From Eledone cirrhosa (lineage: Eukaryota), in the NCBI GenBank assembly GCA_964016885.1, contig OZ024752.1:33170001-33234000 (forward strand): a stretch of DNA of 64,000 nucleotides, written 5' to 3'. Below, piece after piece: positions 1-13,105 of this stretch. The position numbers and the translations under genes are program-made. The notes under the pieces are model-generated. The model saw only the letters and a program-made list of their open reading frames with translations, searched no databases and was not told where the DNA came from. The first letter of the stretch is position 1. Each line of letters opens with the position of its first letter.

Positions 1-97
1 AATATATATGTGTGTATGTATATATGTGTGTGTATATATATATATATATATATGTATATAAACAGTGTGTATATATATATATATATATATGTATATA

Positions 98-1977
98 AAC
101 AGGAGGTATTCAAGATTGCGAGGCAGTGTGTCAGAGATAGTTGTGATGTCATTGGAGAGAAGTGTATCCGGAATGATAAAGGTGAGCTTGCCCTCACAAG
201 TGCTGAGAAGAAAGATGCATGGAAGAGTCATTATGATAGATTACTAAATGAGGAGAATGCATGGGAAGAAGAGACCCTACCCCACGTAGACCCTATAGAG
301 GGACCAGCAGTACAAGTCAGCGGCAGCGTAGTAAGTAAGGCAATCAGAGATATGAAGATAGGGAAGGCAACCGGTCCATCGGGTATAGCTGCCGAGATGC
401 TGAAGGCATCTGGGTCTGTAGGTCACACTATAACCACACGTATCGTTAACCAGGTAATACTAGAGGGGGCCATACCAAAAGATTGGTGCAGTAGCATCAT
501 TGTCAACTGCTACAAAGGTAAAGGCGATGCACTAGATAGAGGAAACTATAGAGGTATAAAGTTGATGGACCAGGTCATGAAAGTAACAGAAAGAGTTATA
601 GCACAGCTGATTAGGGACCGGGTGAATATAGACGAGATGCAATTTGGGTTTGTACCAGGGAAAGGCACCACTGATGCGCTCTTCCTTGTGAGGCAATTAC
701 AGGAAAAGTACCTAGCTAAAAGTAAGCCACTCTACTTGGCATTTGTCGACCTTGAGAAAGCCTTTGACAGAGTTCCACGTGCAGTAATCTGGTGGGCTCT
801 TAGAAAACTAGGAGTAGATGAATGGCTTGTGAAAGCGGTACAAGCCATGTATAGGGGAGCAGTCAGCAAAGTTAGGATTGGCAATGAGTATAGCGAGGAA
901 TTTAGCGTACAGGTTGGGGTCCACCAGGGCTCTGTTCTTAGCCCTCTCCTGTTCATCATAGTCCTGCAGGCAATAACGGAGGAGTTTAAGACCGGATGCC
1001 CATGGGAACTCCTGTATGCTGATGACCTCGCACTCATAGCTGAATCTATGGTAGAACTAGAGAATAAATTCCAAACCTGGAAGCAGGGACTAGAGAGAAA
1101 GGGCCTCAAAGTCAACATGACAAAGACTAAGGTCCTTATAAGTAGACGAGAAAACAGAACCCAGATCCCCTCAGGGAAATGGCCTTGCTCAGTATGTAGG
1201 AAAGGTGTAGGTAGGAACTCCATTCTTTGCCCCAAATGCAAACAATGGGTACACAAGAGATGTAGCGGGATCTCAGGAAGCTTAATTAAGAATGTAGGAT
1301 TCACATGCAGCAGCTGTGCTGAAACAGCAAGCAAACAGCCACAGGAAACAAGTACCACCAATCTCTGGGAGGGCCCTGTAGAAACAGTAGACAGCTTCTG
1401 CTACCTAGGTGACCGAATTAGCAACGGAGGTGGGTGCTCAGAAAGTACAATAACTAGGGTAAGAACGGGATGGAAGAAGTTTAGGGAACTACTACCACTG
1501 CTAGCTGCAAAAGGCTTCTCCCTCAGAATGAAAGGCAGACTGTATGATGCGTGTATCCGAACAGCGATGTTGCATGGTAGTGAGACCTGGGCGCTGAAGG
1601 TGGAAGACTTACGTAGATTAGAGAGAAACGAAGCCTGCATGCTCCGATGGATGTGTAACAGTAATATACGTGAACGACAAAGCATAAATGAATTGAGAGA
1701 GAGACTGAGCATAAGAGGAATCAAATGCTGCGTGCAGGAGAGGCGGTTACGCTGGTATGGACATGTGATGCGTATGAAGGATGACAGCTGCATAAAAAGG
1801 TGCAGAGCACTAGAAGTTGATGGAAACCGCGGAGTGGGGAGACCCAAGATGACTTGGGATGAGGTGATAAAAGCCGACCTTACCCAACTACACCTCTCAA
1901 AGTCAATGACACACGACCGTGACTTCTGGCGTCACGCAGTAATACAGGGTACCCGACCTCCCATGGGTACATGCTGA
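98..1977 (+). CDS. Non-LTR retrotransposon reverse transcriptase (RTE clade), N-terminally truncated, with an embedded C4HC3 PHD-like finger
   Basis: Motifs GKATGPSGI, NYRGIKL, QFGF, FVDLEKAFDRV, GVHQGSVLSPLLF, LLYADD, FCYLG, LHGSETW, RRLRWYGHV, GRPKMTW. The ORF-track start at 10 is only microsatellite read-through. Confidence 0.92.
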
Positions 1978-2274
1978 AGCATATAAACAATATGCCCCCC
2001 CCCCCCCACCGCAAGGTGGTCGTGGAGGTGCCACGGCAAAAAAGCACCCAGCCCACACTGTAAAGTGGACGTGTAGGCGCCACGAAAAAGCACCCAGCAC
2101 TCACTGTAAATGAGGTTGGTGTTAGGAAGGGCATCCAGCTGTAGAAATCAAGCCAGATCAGTTCCTGTATGAGCAAGGCATGGTCAGCCGACCAGACACT
2201 GCCCACAACAGGACAACCCGTCTAACCCATGCTAGCGTGGAAGAACGGACGTAAAACGGTGATGATGATGATGA

Positions 2275-2277
<3 letters not shown>
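98..2277 (+). mobile_element. 5'-truncated RTE-clade LINE (RT ORF, 3' UTR, (TGA)n tail) inserted in a (TA)/(TG) microsatellite, antisense in a FYCO1 intron
   Basis: Uninterrupted ORF to stop at 1977. 3' UTR ends ...GGACGTAAAACGG(TGA)n at about 2277. Microsatellite flanks both sides. No endonuclease domain is present. Confidence 0.93.
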
Positions 2278-2313
<36 letters not shown>

Positions 2314-2559
2314 TATATACACACACATATATATATATATATATAAATATATATATACACACATATATATATACACATATATATATATATACACACATAT
2401 ATATATACACATATATATATATATATACACATACATACATATATATATATACACACACATATATATATACATACATATATATATATATATATACACACAT
2501 ATATACATACACACATATATATTTTGATAGACAGATAGATAGATATGCACCATAGGCTT

Positions 2560-2995
2560 GCTTTATCAGGATTGGTCAGGATTAGATAATAACAACCAAC
2601 ACATTGTCAAAGAATATTCAACAAGCACATCACAAAGATAAGTCACAGCTGCATGCAAAACATGTTAAATGTCATTAAGAAACACAACACTAAAACATTG
2701 CAATCAAACGAAGAACAAAAGAAGCCAAGATGCAATTGCCAAACAATGGAAAGCTGTCTACTAAAAGAAGCATTGTATAAGGGGCTGACAACCACACAGA
2801 GAATTCTTTTAAAAGTTGCTTGTATTAACACAACAGTTCATTCCATAATACCAGGTCATTTTTCAAATGTTTTGGGAGATTGAGGGATAAAAGTGATACC
2901 AGTAATATTACATGGCCAATATATTATTAATTATTTCTTCTTAATACACTGATGAGTACAGCTGAGCACAGGATAAATTGCACAAAACTTTTAAA
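2560..2995 (+). pseudogene. Decayed Penelope-like element fragment (RT-to-GIY-YIG linker and endonuclease remnants) followed by a degenerate hammerhead core
   Basis: Broken-frame translation gives KISHSCMQNMLNVIKKHN..RCNCQ..SCLL, SIV*GA..TENSFKSCLY*HNSSF and RLRDKSDTSNITWPI. These resemble PLE motifs SYSCMPN, CNC..CPL, TENTFKxRYxNHKSSF and WxLKD..IxWxI (recalled consensus). CTGATGA at 2949. Confidence 0.7.
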
Positions 2996-3917
2996 CCTAG
3001 ATAAATAGCACAGCTTACCTTATACATGGTATATTACCAGACACCATACATATATGATATAATATCAGGCACCATACATATATACATACATATATACAAT
3101 GTAAAACATTCCAGAAACTCTGCATGTAATAACTGCATATACACATGTATAAGTCAAATGTATAAGTCAAATGTATAAGTCAAAACATACAGATGTACAC
3201 ATACAATAATATCCAATACCTAAACGCACACACACAAACACATACAGACATACATACGTATTTAGCTAGTTGATGTTGTCTAAATTTTAACCTGTTGACT
3301 GCTGCGTATATTTTCCACAGCTACAGTGCTGTGCTGTTTTTTTTTCAGTAAAATGACTATTTTTTTAAACAAACATTTATTAACATCACATATCTGAATG
3401 ATTGACAAATGTCACATCAATAAACTAGTAACTCCATCTAGCTTTGAAGTTATGAACTTTTGGAAACGATTTCATAACTTTGAAGTTATGAACTGTTGGA
3501 AAAGAATTCAAACATATTAAGATGAGTTATCTCATCTACGGCACTGAAGAGGTTAATGAAAGAGTCTTATGTCTATGTTAGAAACCAACTCTCTCTATAT
3601 TGATAGAAATTTATAAAAGAACAAAACCAGAACATATATATATACATACATACATACATACATACATATGGCTTATATACCCCTTCTAAACAATGTGTTG
3701 ATTAGCTGCCTCAGCTAAAATAGGGGATTCTGTTCATATTTAAGTATATATGGTACTTCAACAACATGCAAATCCCTAAAGTTGAAAATTAGAAATTTCC
3801 TCAGCATATTATCAAAGAAAAATAGATTTTAAATAATTTTTGAAAAAACTATAAAAGCATTCTTTGCTTTCTCTTTTTCCTTTTTTTCTGTTTTTAAAGA
3901 AACAAAATATAATTTAC

Positions 3918-4058
3918 CATTTCATGTAAACATGCCACCTGATTCTTTAACGTTGCTTCCTGTCGGTTTTTTTCTTCTTGTATACTTTTGACAATATCTT
4001 CTTTTTCTTTCACTATTTTATTCCTGTTTTGAAGTTCCCGTTCCTTGTTATCCATATT
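3918..4058 (-). CDS. FYCO1: FYCO1 coding exon 10 (coiled coil); the gene continues beyond position 1 (FYVE/GOLD exons not seen)
   Basis: NMDNKERELQNRNKIVKEKEDIVKSIQEEKNRQEATLKNQVACLHEM, ttacag acceptor, ATG|GTAAAT donor. Confidence 0.8.
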
Positions 4059-4700
4059 CTGTAACATGAAGAAATAACTGTTACTTTCTAATTCTGTAAA
4101 CTATAAACCCCATATTTAGACTAATTCTTCATCTCTTCTCACTTCTTCCCTGTGTTGTCTTCACATAAGCTGACTTTGATTGTTAATATTTACATTATGG
4201 TTGTAAACATATCAACAAATTTTACTATTCTATTATATCCTGTTTATAATTCAGTGTTCTAAGTTCAATACAATACAATAACTAGAAAATCAATATATAT
4301 CATTATTATCCTCATCATCACCATTTAACATCCATTTTTCCACACTAACATGATTAATGATTCTATTTACAATATTCTCAAAATAGAAGAACTGGTCAAC
4401 ATAATTGGATGCAAACAAAGTCCCAGGTTTAATATCAGAGTGACCTTCTTCTAGAAAGATGTCTTAATGAAGATGACAAGTCTCTTGCTCCACATAAAAA
4501 AAAATTTTTTAAATCTTATTGGATGGCCATTGACTGAGTTCCTCCACCCTTTGACAGGCTTTGTTTTTCATCCCACAGGGTGTCCAAGATCACCCTCCTC
4601 ACCAAGCAAGCTTGATGGGGTTGCCGACTTGACTATACATACATACACACACACATACATAAGAAATTGCTTTGAATCAAAATGACAGAACTAATACTAC

Positions 4701-5720
4701 CTCTACAGACTTTTGGTGTTGAAGCTGTTGAGCACTCAACTGAAAATGTGCTGCAGACAATTCTTCTTTCACTAAATTCAATTCAGATGAAACCATTTCT
4801 TGGTTTTCTTCAATTTCATCTCTTAAACGGTTAATAGTTTCTTCTTTCTCTTGTAAAATATCTTTGAAATCTTGTTCGGATAACTGCAAGTGTTTATTAT
4901 CTTCAAGCAAATGATCTTTGTCAACTTGTAAGGAATCTATCACAGACTGTAAAGTTATTCGCATATCATTGGACTTCATATTTTCCAAGATAGTTTGATC
5001 GAGTTCTTGTTTTATATCAATTTTTTCTGTTTCGGTTTTCACGACTTTCACATGTAAATCGGCTGTTTCCTTCTTTAAACTTTCCATTCCTTTCGTAAGA
5101 TTTTGGTTTTCTTCTAAAACTTCATTTAGCTTAGTTTGGAATTTTTCTTTAGAACGAAGTAATTGTTCTTCGGTTTCTTTATGTTTCTCATTTATTACTG
5201 ATATCTGCATCTCATATTGTTCTTTATATTCTTCAACTTCGGATTGAAGAGCAAAGTGTTTCTCTTTTAATTCTTCATGATTCTTTTCTAAAGAGGACAG
5301 TTTTTCACTGAGTTCTTCATTTTGAAAAAGCATATTTTCTCTTTCACTATCAAAATTGGTAATCTCGTCTTTAGAAGCTTCATTCATCTCCCCTAAAGTA
5401 ATACATTCTTTATCTTTTATATCTAAATCAGATTCTAGCTTTTGAATACATTCTTTCAAATACGAATTCTCAGAGGTCATTTTTCCCATTTTTTCACCGA
5501 AATCAGATTCTTGTTTTTGTAAATCTGCCGTCAGTGATTTAGAACTTTCCAATTCTGATTTTAAAATCAATATTTCTGTTAGAATTTCTTCATCTGGCTC
5601 TTGTTGTTGATGTAAATTTCTTTGGAGATTTTCAGTTTTAGCTTCTTTTACAAAGTCAAACAGTTTCTGTACAGTGTTACTCAGTTCATCATCCATAGAT
5701 TCAAAATTAGAAACACTATC
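4701..5720 (-). CDS. FYCO1: FYCO1 coding exon 9 (long coiled coil, 340 codons)
   Basis: Matches ORF 4677..5696. ttgtag acceptor, GAG|GTAGTA donor, phase 0/0. Confidence 0.88.
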
Positions 5721-6662
5721 CTACAATAACAAACAAAAGAAATAATTCATTAGTTTCCATATTTCAACTGATTTCTAACATCATATTCTCCAGGCTCATT
5801 TTTTTTTTTAGATATTCTTTCATTTTTTAATTCTTCAGAGCTTAACAATAACAATTTGTCAATATGTTCTCTCTCTCTGTATATATATATCAACAAGACT
5901 TCTCAGATTGCTCTCTAAGCCCCCTCCCCCCACTTGACGAATTTGGGATCATTAAAATTGCTATGGTAAATTTCTATCGTTCTCATTCTTTTATCCTATT
6001 TTCTCTAATTCTTATTGCCTTGGCACTTATAATCTCACATGCATTGTCAGGCTTTCAAATAATTGAATTTATTTCCTAGTTAAATTTGTATCTCTTATTC
6101 CACACTGCTTCAAGCAAACTTACACCACTTTGTTATATATATATATACATATATATATATATGGTTGGTGTTAGGAAGGTCATCCAGCCGTAGAAAACCT
6201 GCCAGACAGCCCTATACGAGCGAGACATGGTCACCCGACCAATCTTGCCTCAAGTAGGAAGATAGACGTTAAACATTGATGATGATGATGATATATCATC
6301 ATTTCATCATTTCATTTTACGTCCACTTTTCCCTGCTTGCAAGGGTGGGACGGGAACTGATCCTGGCTTGATTTCTACAGCTGGATGCCCTTCCTAACAC
6401 CAACCTCATTTGCAGTGAGTGATGGGTGCTTTTTTGCCGTGGCACCTCCACGACCACTTTGCAGTGGAATGATAGGGACCCCAGTCCCTTTCATCTCATT
6501 TCTACAGCTGAGTAAACTGGAGCAATGTGAAATAAAGTGTCTTGTTCAAGGAAACAACACATCACCCGGTCTGAGAAGAACTCACAACCTTTCGATTGCA
6601 AGGCCAATGCTCTAACCATTAAGCCATGTGCCTCCATCTATGCATGTGCCTCCATGTATGCA

Positions 6663-6766
<104 letters not shown>

Positions 6767-7515
6767 TGCATACATACATAATATATATACTCTACTATCG
6801 ACTACTCGTATTGGTACAACCTCCAGTAATCGACAAAGGGGAATTGTTTTTTAATTTTGATTTTAACATTATTAATTTAATCTAGGACTTCGATCATCAT
6901 CATTATCATCATCATGGTTTAAGGTCCACTTCCCATGCTTGCATAAGTTAGATGGTTTGTCACATTAAGAGACAAATCAGGTCCAAAGACCACATCATGC
7001 TCATACGGATCTGTATTTTGGCTAGGTTTCTACAGCTGAATGCCCTTCCTAATGCCAACCACTAAATATATTTACACATTTCATCATCATCATCATTTCA
7101 TTTTACGTCTGCTTTTTCCCTGCTTGCAAGGGTGGGACGGGAACTGATTCTGGCTTGATTTCTACAGCTGGATGCCCTTCCTAACACCAACCTCATTTAC
7201 AGTGAGTGCTGGGTGCTTTTTTGCCGTGGCACCTACACGTCCACTTTACAGTGGAATAATAGAGACCCCAGTCCCTATCATCTCATTTCTACAGCTGAGT
7301 AAACTGGAGCAATTTTAATTATTCATAACCTATAAGTTTCATATAGTTATTTTTTGTATTGTGTTAACAAACATATCTGGAGAGGAGATGGGCTCCACCA
7401 GGTTTTAAAAAATGCCCTAGAAACTCCATATATCAATACAGTATCCCTACGACACCCTAGGGTGTTACAGGACCATACGTGAAACAAGCCTACACAGTAT
7501 ATAGACCAACCTTAC

Positions 7516-7776
7516 CTGTTCATCAATAGATTCTAAATCTAAAAGATTATTTAGAGTAAATTTCAGTTGTTGAGATTGTTGTTGGTATTTGTTTAATAGC
7601 TCAGCTTTCTCTTCAACCGATTGTTGTAGCAACACAAGCTCTTCATTCTGTCGGTGAAGTTCTCGTTGGACTTCTTCAAAATCTTCACATTTCCTTTGCA
7701 AACGGCGATTTTCCCATAAAATTTTTTCAAGTTCATTTTCATATTCTTGCTTCAAATTTTCCACACTGTCGCAATT

Positions 7777-7829
<53 letters not shown>

Positions 7830-8152
7830 TAATAGTATCATTTTCATTTTCTTGTGATGCTGTCAAAGGTTGGAATTGTTCTTCTTGCACGGCTGTTGTT
7901 TCAGCAACTTCAATTTCTGTGGACTTCAAACTATTTATTTGTTGCTCCAGAATAGCCTTTTCCTTCTCCAAGACATCTATCCTGGATTTGTTAGTATTAA
8001 CAATTTGTTCATGTTCAAACTCTATCTCGGTCAATTTGATCTGAAGAGACTTAAGGCCTTCTGTAAGATTTCTTCGCTCTAAATCTAATCTGTCCTTTTC
8101 ATCTCGCCAAGCTTGCTGGGAATTACTAAATTCTATACTCAAGGAATCGTAA
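7516..8152 (-). CDS. FYCO1: FYCO1 coding exon 8 (coiled coil with a poly-Asp tract)
   Basis: Matches ORF 7465..8142. ttgcag acceptor, CAG|GTAAGG donor, heptad-rich E/K/L/Q sequence. Confidence 0.88.
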
Positions 8153-8741
8153 CTGCAAAGAAAGAATTGGAAAGATTGAACGTAAAATTAAACAGATGGA
8201 GGTCTACTTGCTGATAACAATCACAATTTGGAAAAAAAGTTATCATAGACATATTTATAAACACCCTTAACAAATAAGTATTTCTACTTTTGGCACAAGG
8301 CCAGCAATTACCCCAGTGCATTACTGGTACTTCATTTTATCGATCCCTGTAAGGATGAAAGGCAAAGTTAACCTTGGCAGGATTTGAACTCAGAACGTAA
8401 AGGGCCATAACTCTATGCTACAAAGCATGACGTCTGACGCTCTACCGATACTGCCAATCCCTTAACAAATAATATAATTAGTTCCTTATATTCTGAAGAA
8501 GGGAATTTAAAGTCCTGGAATATTAGTTTGTAAGAAACAACAGCAACAAAACAAAAACAAACCAAAGATTACCAGGTAACTTACTTTTCTGTTACCTTCA
8601 TTTTAGGTCTATTTTGCATTGTTTAGCCTTATATCACTTTCCACATTATATATAATTAACTAAATTAACAGAAGTAATGAATTGAACAACAACAACAAAG
8701 AAAGAGAGAAAGAAAGAGGAAGAAGAAAAAGAAGGATTTAC

Positions 8742-8962
8742 TCTTGTTTCAGAGTTCTGTATTTTTCTTTCATCTCGTCCAATTTTTCGACCCAAATGGC
8801 AACCTCTTGACTAGTAGTGAATTTTTCCTCTTCTAATTCTTCAATTTTAGAGAATAATTCTGAACAGGAGACAATAGAACCAGTGTCTCTGGGAGACATA
8901 TATTGTTCATCAATAGATTCAGCAAAAGAGGATGCAACATCAATTTTGGAGGATGGACTATC
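8742..8962 (-). CDS. FYCO1: FYCO1 coding exon 7 (start of coiled coil)
   Basis: Open frame DSPSSKIDV...KLDEMKEKYRTLKQ, ttacag acceptor, GTAAAT donor, phase-compatible with both neighbours. Confidence 0.82.
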
Positions 8963-9682
8963 CTGTAAACAGAATCAACATAGAATTAACATTTGGATAC
9001 CATATTTACCTGAAACCATTCCTGGTTCTATGAAAAGAAATTGTTTATTTTACAATGCTTATAATTTATCTAAAAAGCTTCCATCATAATTCTATCGAAA
9101 AAAATTTGTTTCAAACACTAGCTTAATAATGGTTTCTTATATAAGCAATTTGGGGAGAGGGGAAAGTCGATTAAATCGACCCCAGTGCGTGACTGGTACT
9201 TTATTTATCGGCCCCGTAAGGATGAAAGGCAAAGTTAACCTCGGCGGGATTTGAACTCAGATCATAAAGGGCCGTAACTCTTTGCTGCAAAGCATGGCGT
9301 CCGACCCTCTACCGATACTGCCAATCCACTGCCCTAAACACTAGCTTAATAATGAGAGAATGAGTGATATTATCGGAAACCATTCCTGCTTATCATCATC
9401 ATCGTTTTAATGTCCATCTTCCCTGCTAGCAAGGGTTGGATGGGTCTACATAGACCAAGTCAGTACTGAAGCAGTGGCTACTAAACTCCTAGACAAGCCA
9501 GGGATCTGTTATCTTACTTATGTATGGTCTCAAGTTTCACCGAATGTACAGGAGAGGTTGTCATGACTATGACACAACTGAGGGGCCTCCCATCCCTTTG
9601 TTTGGCAAGCTTTCTATGGCTAGATACCCTTCCTTTCACCAACCACTTTACAGCATGTACTGAGTGCATTTACTGTCTAGAT

Positions 9683-9899
9683 CAGGCTCATTAAACTGAG
9701 GGTTCCCCAAGGGCCACATGGGTCACATATGTGTTGTCTGAGGGTCACATGGGTCACATGTGTTGTCTGAGGGCCACACATGACTACTAATTGCACACAT
9801 TACAACTAATATTTTTTATTTTATATTACACTCACGCTGTAAAAATCTTTGTGTGGGCTGCAAGTGTGCTTGTAAAGGGCCACGTGTTTGACATGCCTG
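9683..9899. mobile_element. hAT (Charlie-like) MITE
   Basis: CAGG...CCTG ends, near-perfect 8-bp TSD GTCTAGAT/GTGTAGAT, internal GGGCCAC repeats. Confidence 0.65.
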
Positions 9900-10349
9900 G
9901 TGTAGATCACCAACACTAGGGAGGCTGTTATGTCCTTGACATGACTAAAAACTCCTCCTAATATTTATTTTTTTAAATTTCCATCATAATTCTATGTAAA
10001 AAAGCTTTAAGTTATGTTCCAAATGTTAGCTTAATAACGAGAAAATTAGTAATATTTTGAAATGCTTATATCTGAGTCAACAGATTTTTAGAATATCTCA
10101 GTTTCAGTAGATTCCCTGAAACTTTTAGGCTAGTTATATTATTAAGAAAGTCAGTTATATTACTAAGCTAGTTTTATCACTAAATCCTTTCAAATTCTTA
10201 ATTATTTTCAAAAATTATATTAGTGAAGGTGTGTGAGTTAGTGGTAATAGAGTTGGGTTGACAATTGTGAGGTTGTGAGTTCAATTCCCGACTCTTTATT
10301 TCATGTTGCTCCTTCTGCCTGGAGTGGTGACCAGTAGATTGTCACCCAA

Positions 10350-10830
10350 CAATCATCCTCCATGCATATCACATGTCCATACCAGTAGAGACTTCTCTCC
10401 TACACACTACATCTGGTTCCTCTTATACCCTGGTCTTCCTCTAATACAGGTTCCTTTCACTGTGATTTCTTGGCACTTCTTCTCCCAACAGTCATCCTCC
10501 ATTCACATCACATGTCCATACCAGGGCAAACTTCTTTCTGTTCATGTCTTCCTAGGTGTTCCTCTACTACAGCTTCCTTTCACTGTGATTCCTTGGCACT
10601 TCTTCTCCCAACAGTCATCCTCCATTCACATCACATGTCCATACCAGTAGAGACTTCTCTCCTACACACTACATCTGGTTCCTCTTATACCCTGGTCTTC
10701 CTCTACTACAGCTTCTTTTCACTGTGATTTCTTGGCACATCTTCTCCCAATAGTCATCCCCCATTCACATCACATGTCTATACCAGTGCAGACTTCTCTC
10801 TTACACACTACATCTGGTTCCTCTTATACA
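10350..10830 (-). pseudogene. Tandemly duplicated, decayed RTE C-terminal fragment
   Basis: Repeated WYGHVM*MEDDCWEKKCQEITVKG..RGRP, homologous to the end of the 98-1977 ORF. Confidence 0.7.
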
Positions 10831-10897
10831 CAGCTTTATTCTCTCAGTTCATCCAAAAGAAACCTGTGAAGTTGTAAAAGATAATAGTATAACTTAC

Positions 10898-10982
10898 TTG
10901 TGGTAAACTTGGAATACTGAGAAGACTGCTCATGCTGGATGTTCTGCTGGGTGGATTCCAGGAATAGCTGCCATTGGTCTTT
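10898..10982 (-). CDS. FYCO1: FYCO1 coding exon 6
   Basis: KTNGSYSWNPPSRTSSMSSLLSIPSLPQ versus FYCO1 WKPPSRSSSMSSL. Donor GTAAGT. Confidence 0.9.
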
Positions 10983-11453
10983 CTGGAATAGAATAGCAGG
11001 TTTTTAGAGAGATTTCTCTCCCAATAATACAAAAATTCTGTCTAATTAGGCTTCTGCCTGCTACTGGTTCCATGTAACCCAGTACAACCTGCTTCATGGC
11101 TGAGTGTTTGGCGACTAGACCAGCCCCTCCACCAGACCCTGCCTTCCCCTTGCCCCACTGCCTTGAGCCCCCAAGACGTGAACTACTTTCTCCCCCTCCA
11201 CAAGATCTAAATATGGCCCTGCCTACATCATCACCAAAAGTTCAATTGAGCAATTCTTTCCCCCAGAGCTGACCAAAACTGATCAGGTTAATGCAAAGAA
11301 AAGATAAAACAAGCAAATTAGAAGAAAAATTTGACACCTGCAAGGTGTTAACTAAAATAACAACATAATTCAGGTAGAAATAGAAATTTTAGTTGAAATA
11401 TATGTTTACTAATGCATGTAACAATTTAAAATAGGTAAAAATGAAAAATTTAC

Positions 11454-11597
11454 CTGGCAAAAGAAGGCCATGAATTGTCTAAATCATAACCGGTTGGGAT
11501 TAAATCAAAGTTGACATCATTGATGTCATATAGAGCATTGATAATTGCCAAACTGTGTTTATGTTGTAACCAAGGAGACGATGGATAAAACCATTCA
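11454..11597 (-). CDS. FYCO1: FYCO1 coding exon 5 (end of RUN)
   Basis: SEWFYPSSPWL...LYDINDVNFDLIPTGYDLDNSWPSFAR versus FYCO1 FDLASRGFDLDAAWPTFAR. Confidence 0.93.
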
Positions 11598-11684
11598 CTG
11601 AAAGACAAAAAAAGTTCCTCCTCAAAATCAACAAAAATTACCATTATTCTTAGAAGCTTTTCTCTCGTGAAATTTTGTATATAT

Positions 11685-12079
11685 TGTTAGAATAATTGTG
11701 GGTATGGTGTGGCGTGCGGTGGCCGGAGGCGGGGGGAGTGCTCGACCGGAAGGGGTCTTTGGCTGGAAGGATGTTCGACCGGAAGGGCCAGGAGAGGGCT
11801 CTCTCTCTAGTGGTGACCAGCACACGGTGTGGACGCGAGTTTTGGGCAGCTCCCGGTGTTAAGCAGTCGGACGTGGAAGAGGAGTACCTGCAGTGGAAGA
11901 GGAGTACCTGCAGTGGAATTTAGCGGCGCCTGTGAAAAGCGGTAAGTGAGATAGCTTTTTCTAACCACAATAATCCCACTTTCATTTTCAACACAGTTAA
12001 TAACATATATATATTAAAGGTTTACGTGTGTTGTGTTGAAGCAAATAACTATATGTATACACTGGGAGTTTATTTAACA
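11685..12079 (+). mobile_element. Possible solo LTR (GC-rich insert)
   Basis: TGTTAGAATAA...TTATTTAACA inverted ends and internal direct repeats. No TSD confirmed. Confidence 0.4.
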
Positions 12080-12159
12080 TTACCTATTAAGTACGCTGAG
12101 ATACAACCGGTACTAGCAGTGATACCTAAGCTAGTTCCATCAACTTATTATATATCATC

Positions 12160-12500
12160 ATCATCATCATCATCATTTTACGTCCGCTTTTCCCTGCTTG
12201 CAAGGGTGGGATGGGAACTGATTTTGGCTTGATTTCTGCAGCCGGATGCCCTTCCTAACACCAACCTCATTTACAGTGAGTGCTGGGTGCTTTTCTTTTT
12301 GCCGTGGCACCTCCACATCCACTTTACAGTAGAATGATAGGGACCCCAGTCCCTATCATCTCATTTCTACAGCTGAGTAAACTGGAGCAATGTGAAATAA
12401 AGTGTCTTGCTCAAGGAAACAACACATCACCCGGTCTGAGAATTGAACTCACAACCTTTCGATTGCAAGGCCAATGCTCTAACCACTAAGTCATGCGCCT

Positions 12501-12502
<2 letters not shown>
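12160..12502 (-). mobile_element. tRNA-headed SINE family B with a CORE/V-like centre and RTE-derived 3' tail (representative)
   Basis: TGRCTTAGTGG and GAGTTCAATTC boxes, CCTTGAGCAAGACACTT centre, tail AGGAAGGGCATCC..GGACGTAAAA(TGA)n. Copies at about 6300, 7090, 16870, 20803, 51436. Confidence 0.85.
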
Positions 12503-12570
<68 letters not shown>

Positions 12571-13062
12571 TCATCATCATCATCAGGTTTAGCGTCCGTG
12601 TTCCACGCTTGCATGGGTTTGGACGGGGGTTTTCCCATTTGAGGCAAGAGTGGTTGTCTTGCTCACATAGGACTGTCTGGCGGGTTTTCTACAGTTGGAT
12701 GCCCTTCCTAACACCAACCACATTTACAGTGTGGGGCTGGGAGGTTTTTACCGTGTTGCCTACACGGCCACATTACAGCGTGGACTGTCTGGCGGGTTTT
12801 CTACAGCTGGATGCCCTTCCTAACACCAACCACATTTACAGTGTGGGGCTGGGAGGTTTTTACCGTGTTGCCTACACGGCCACATTTACAGCGTGGACTG
12901 TGTGTTTTTTTGTCGTGACACCTACACGATCTCATTTGTTTCGGCCTGGATGGTGTGGCACCAACATAACTTTACATTGAAAGGGGCGGTGTGGATGGGG
13001 TGGAGGTGGTGGGACGGGGGGGTGTTTTGATAGAGATGCCTACTGAATATATATATTATATA

Positions 13063-13105
<43 letters not shown>

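Noticed and set aside
10-97. N-terminal extension of the 655-aa ORF
   Set aside because: It is translated (TA)/(TG) microsatellite; the LINE is 5'-truncated at about 98.
3545-3575. CTGAAGA..GAAA hammerhead-like core (similar hits at about 5810-5840 and 16120-16170 on the minus strand)
   Set aside because: Stems I and/or II cannot be formed; treated as chance matches.
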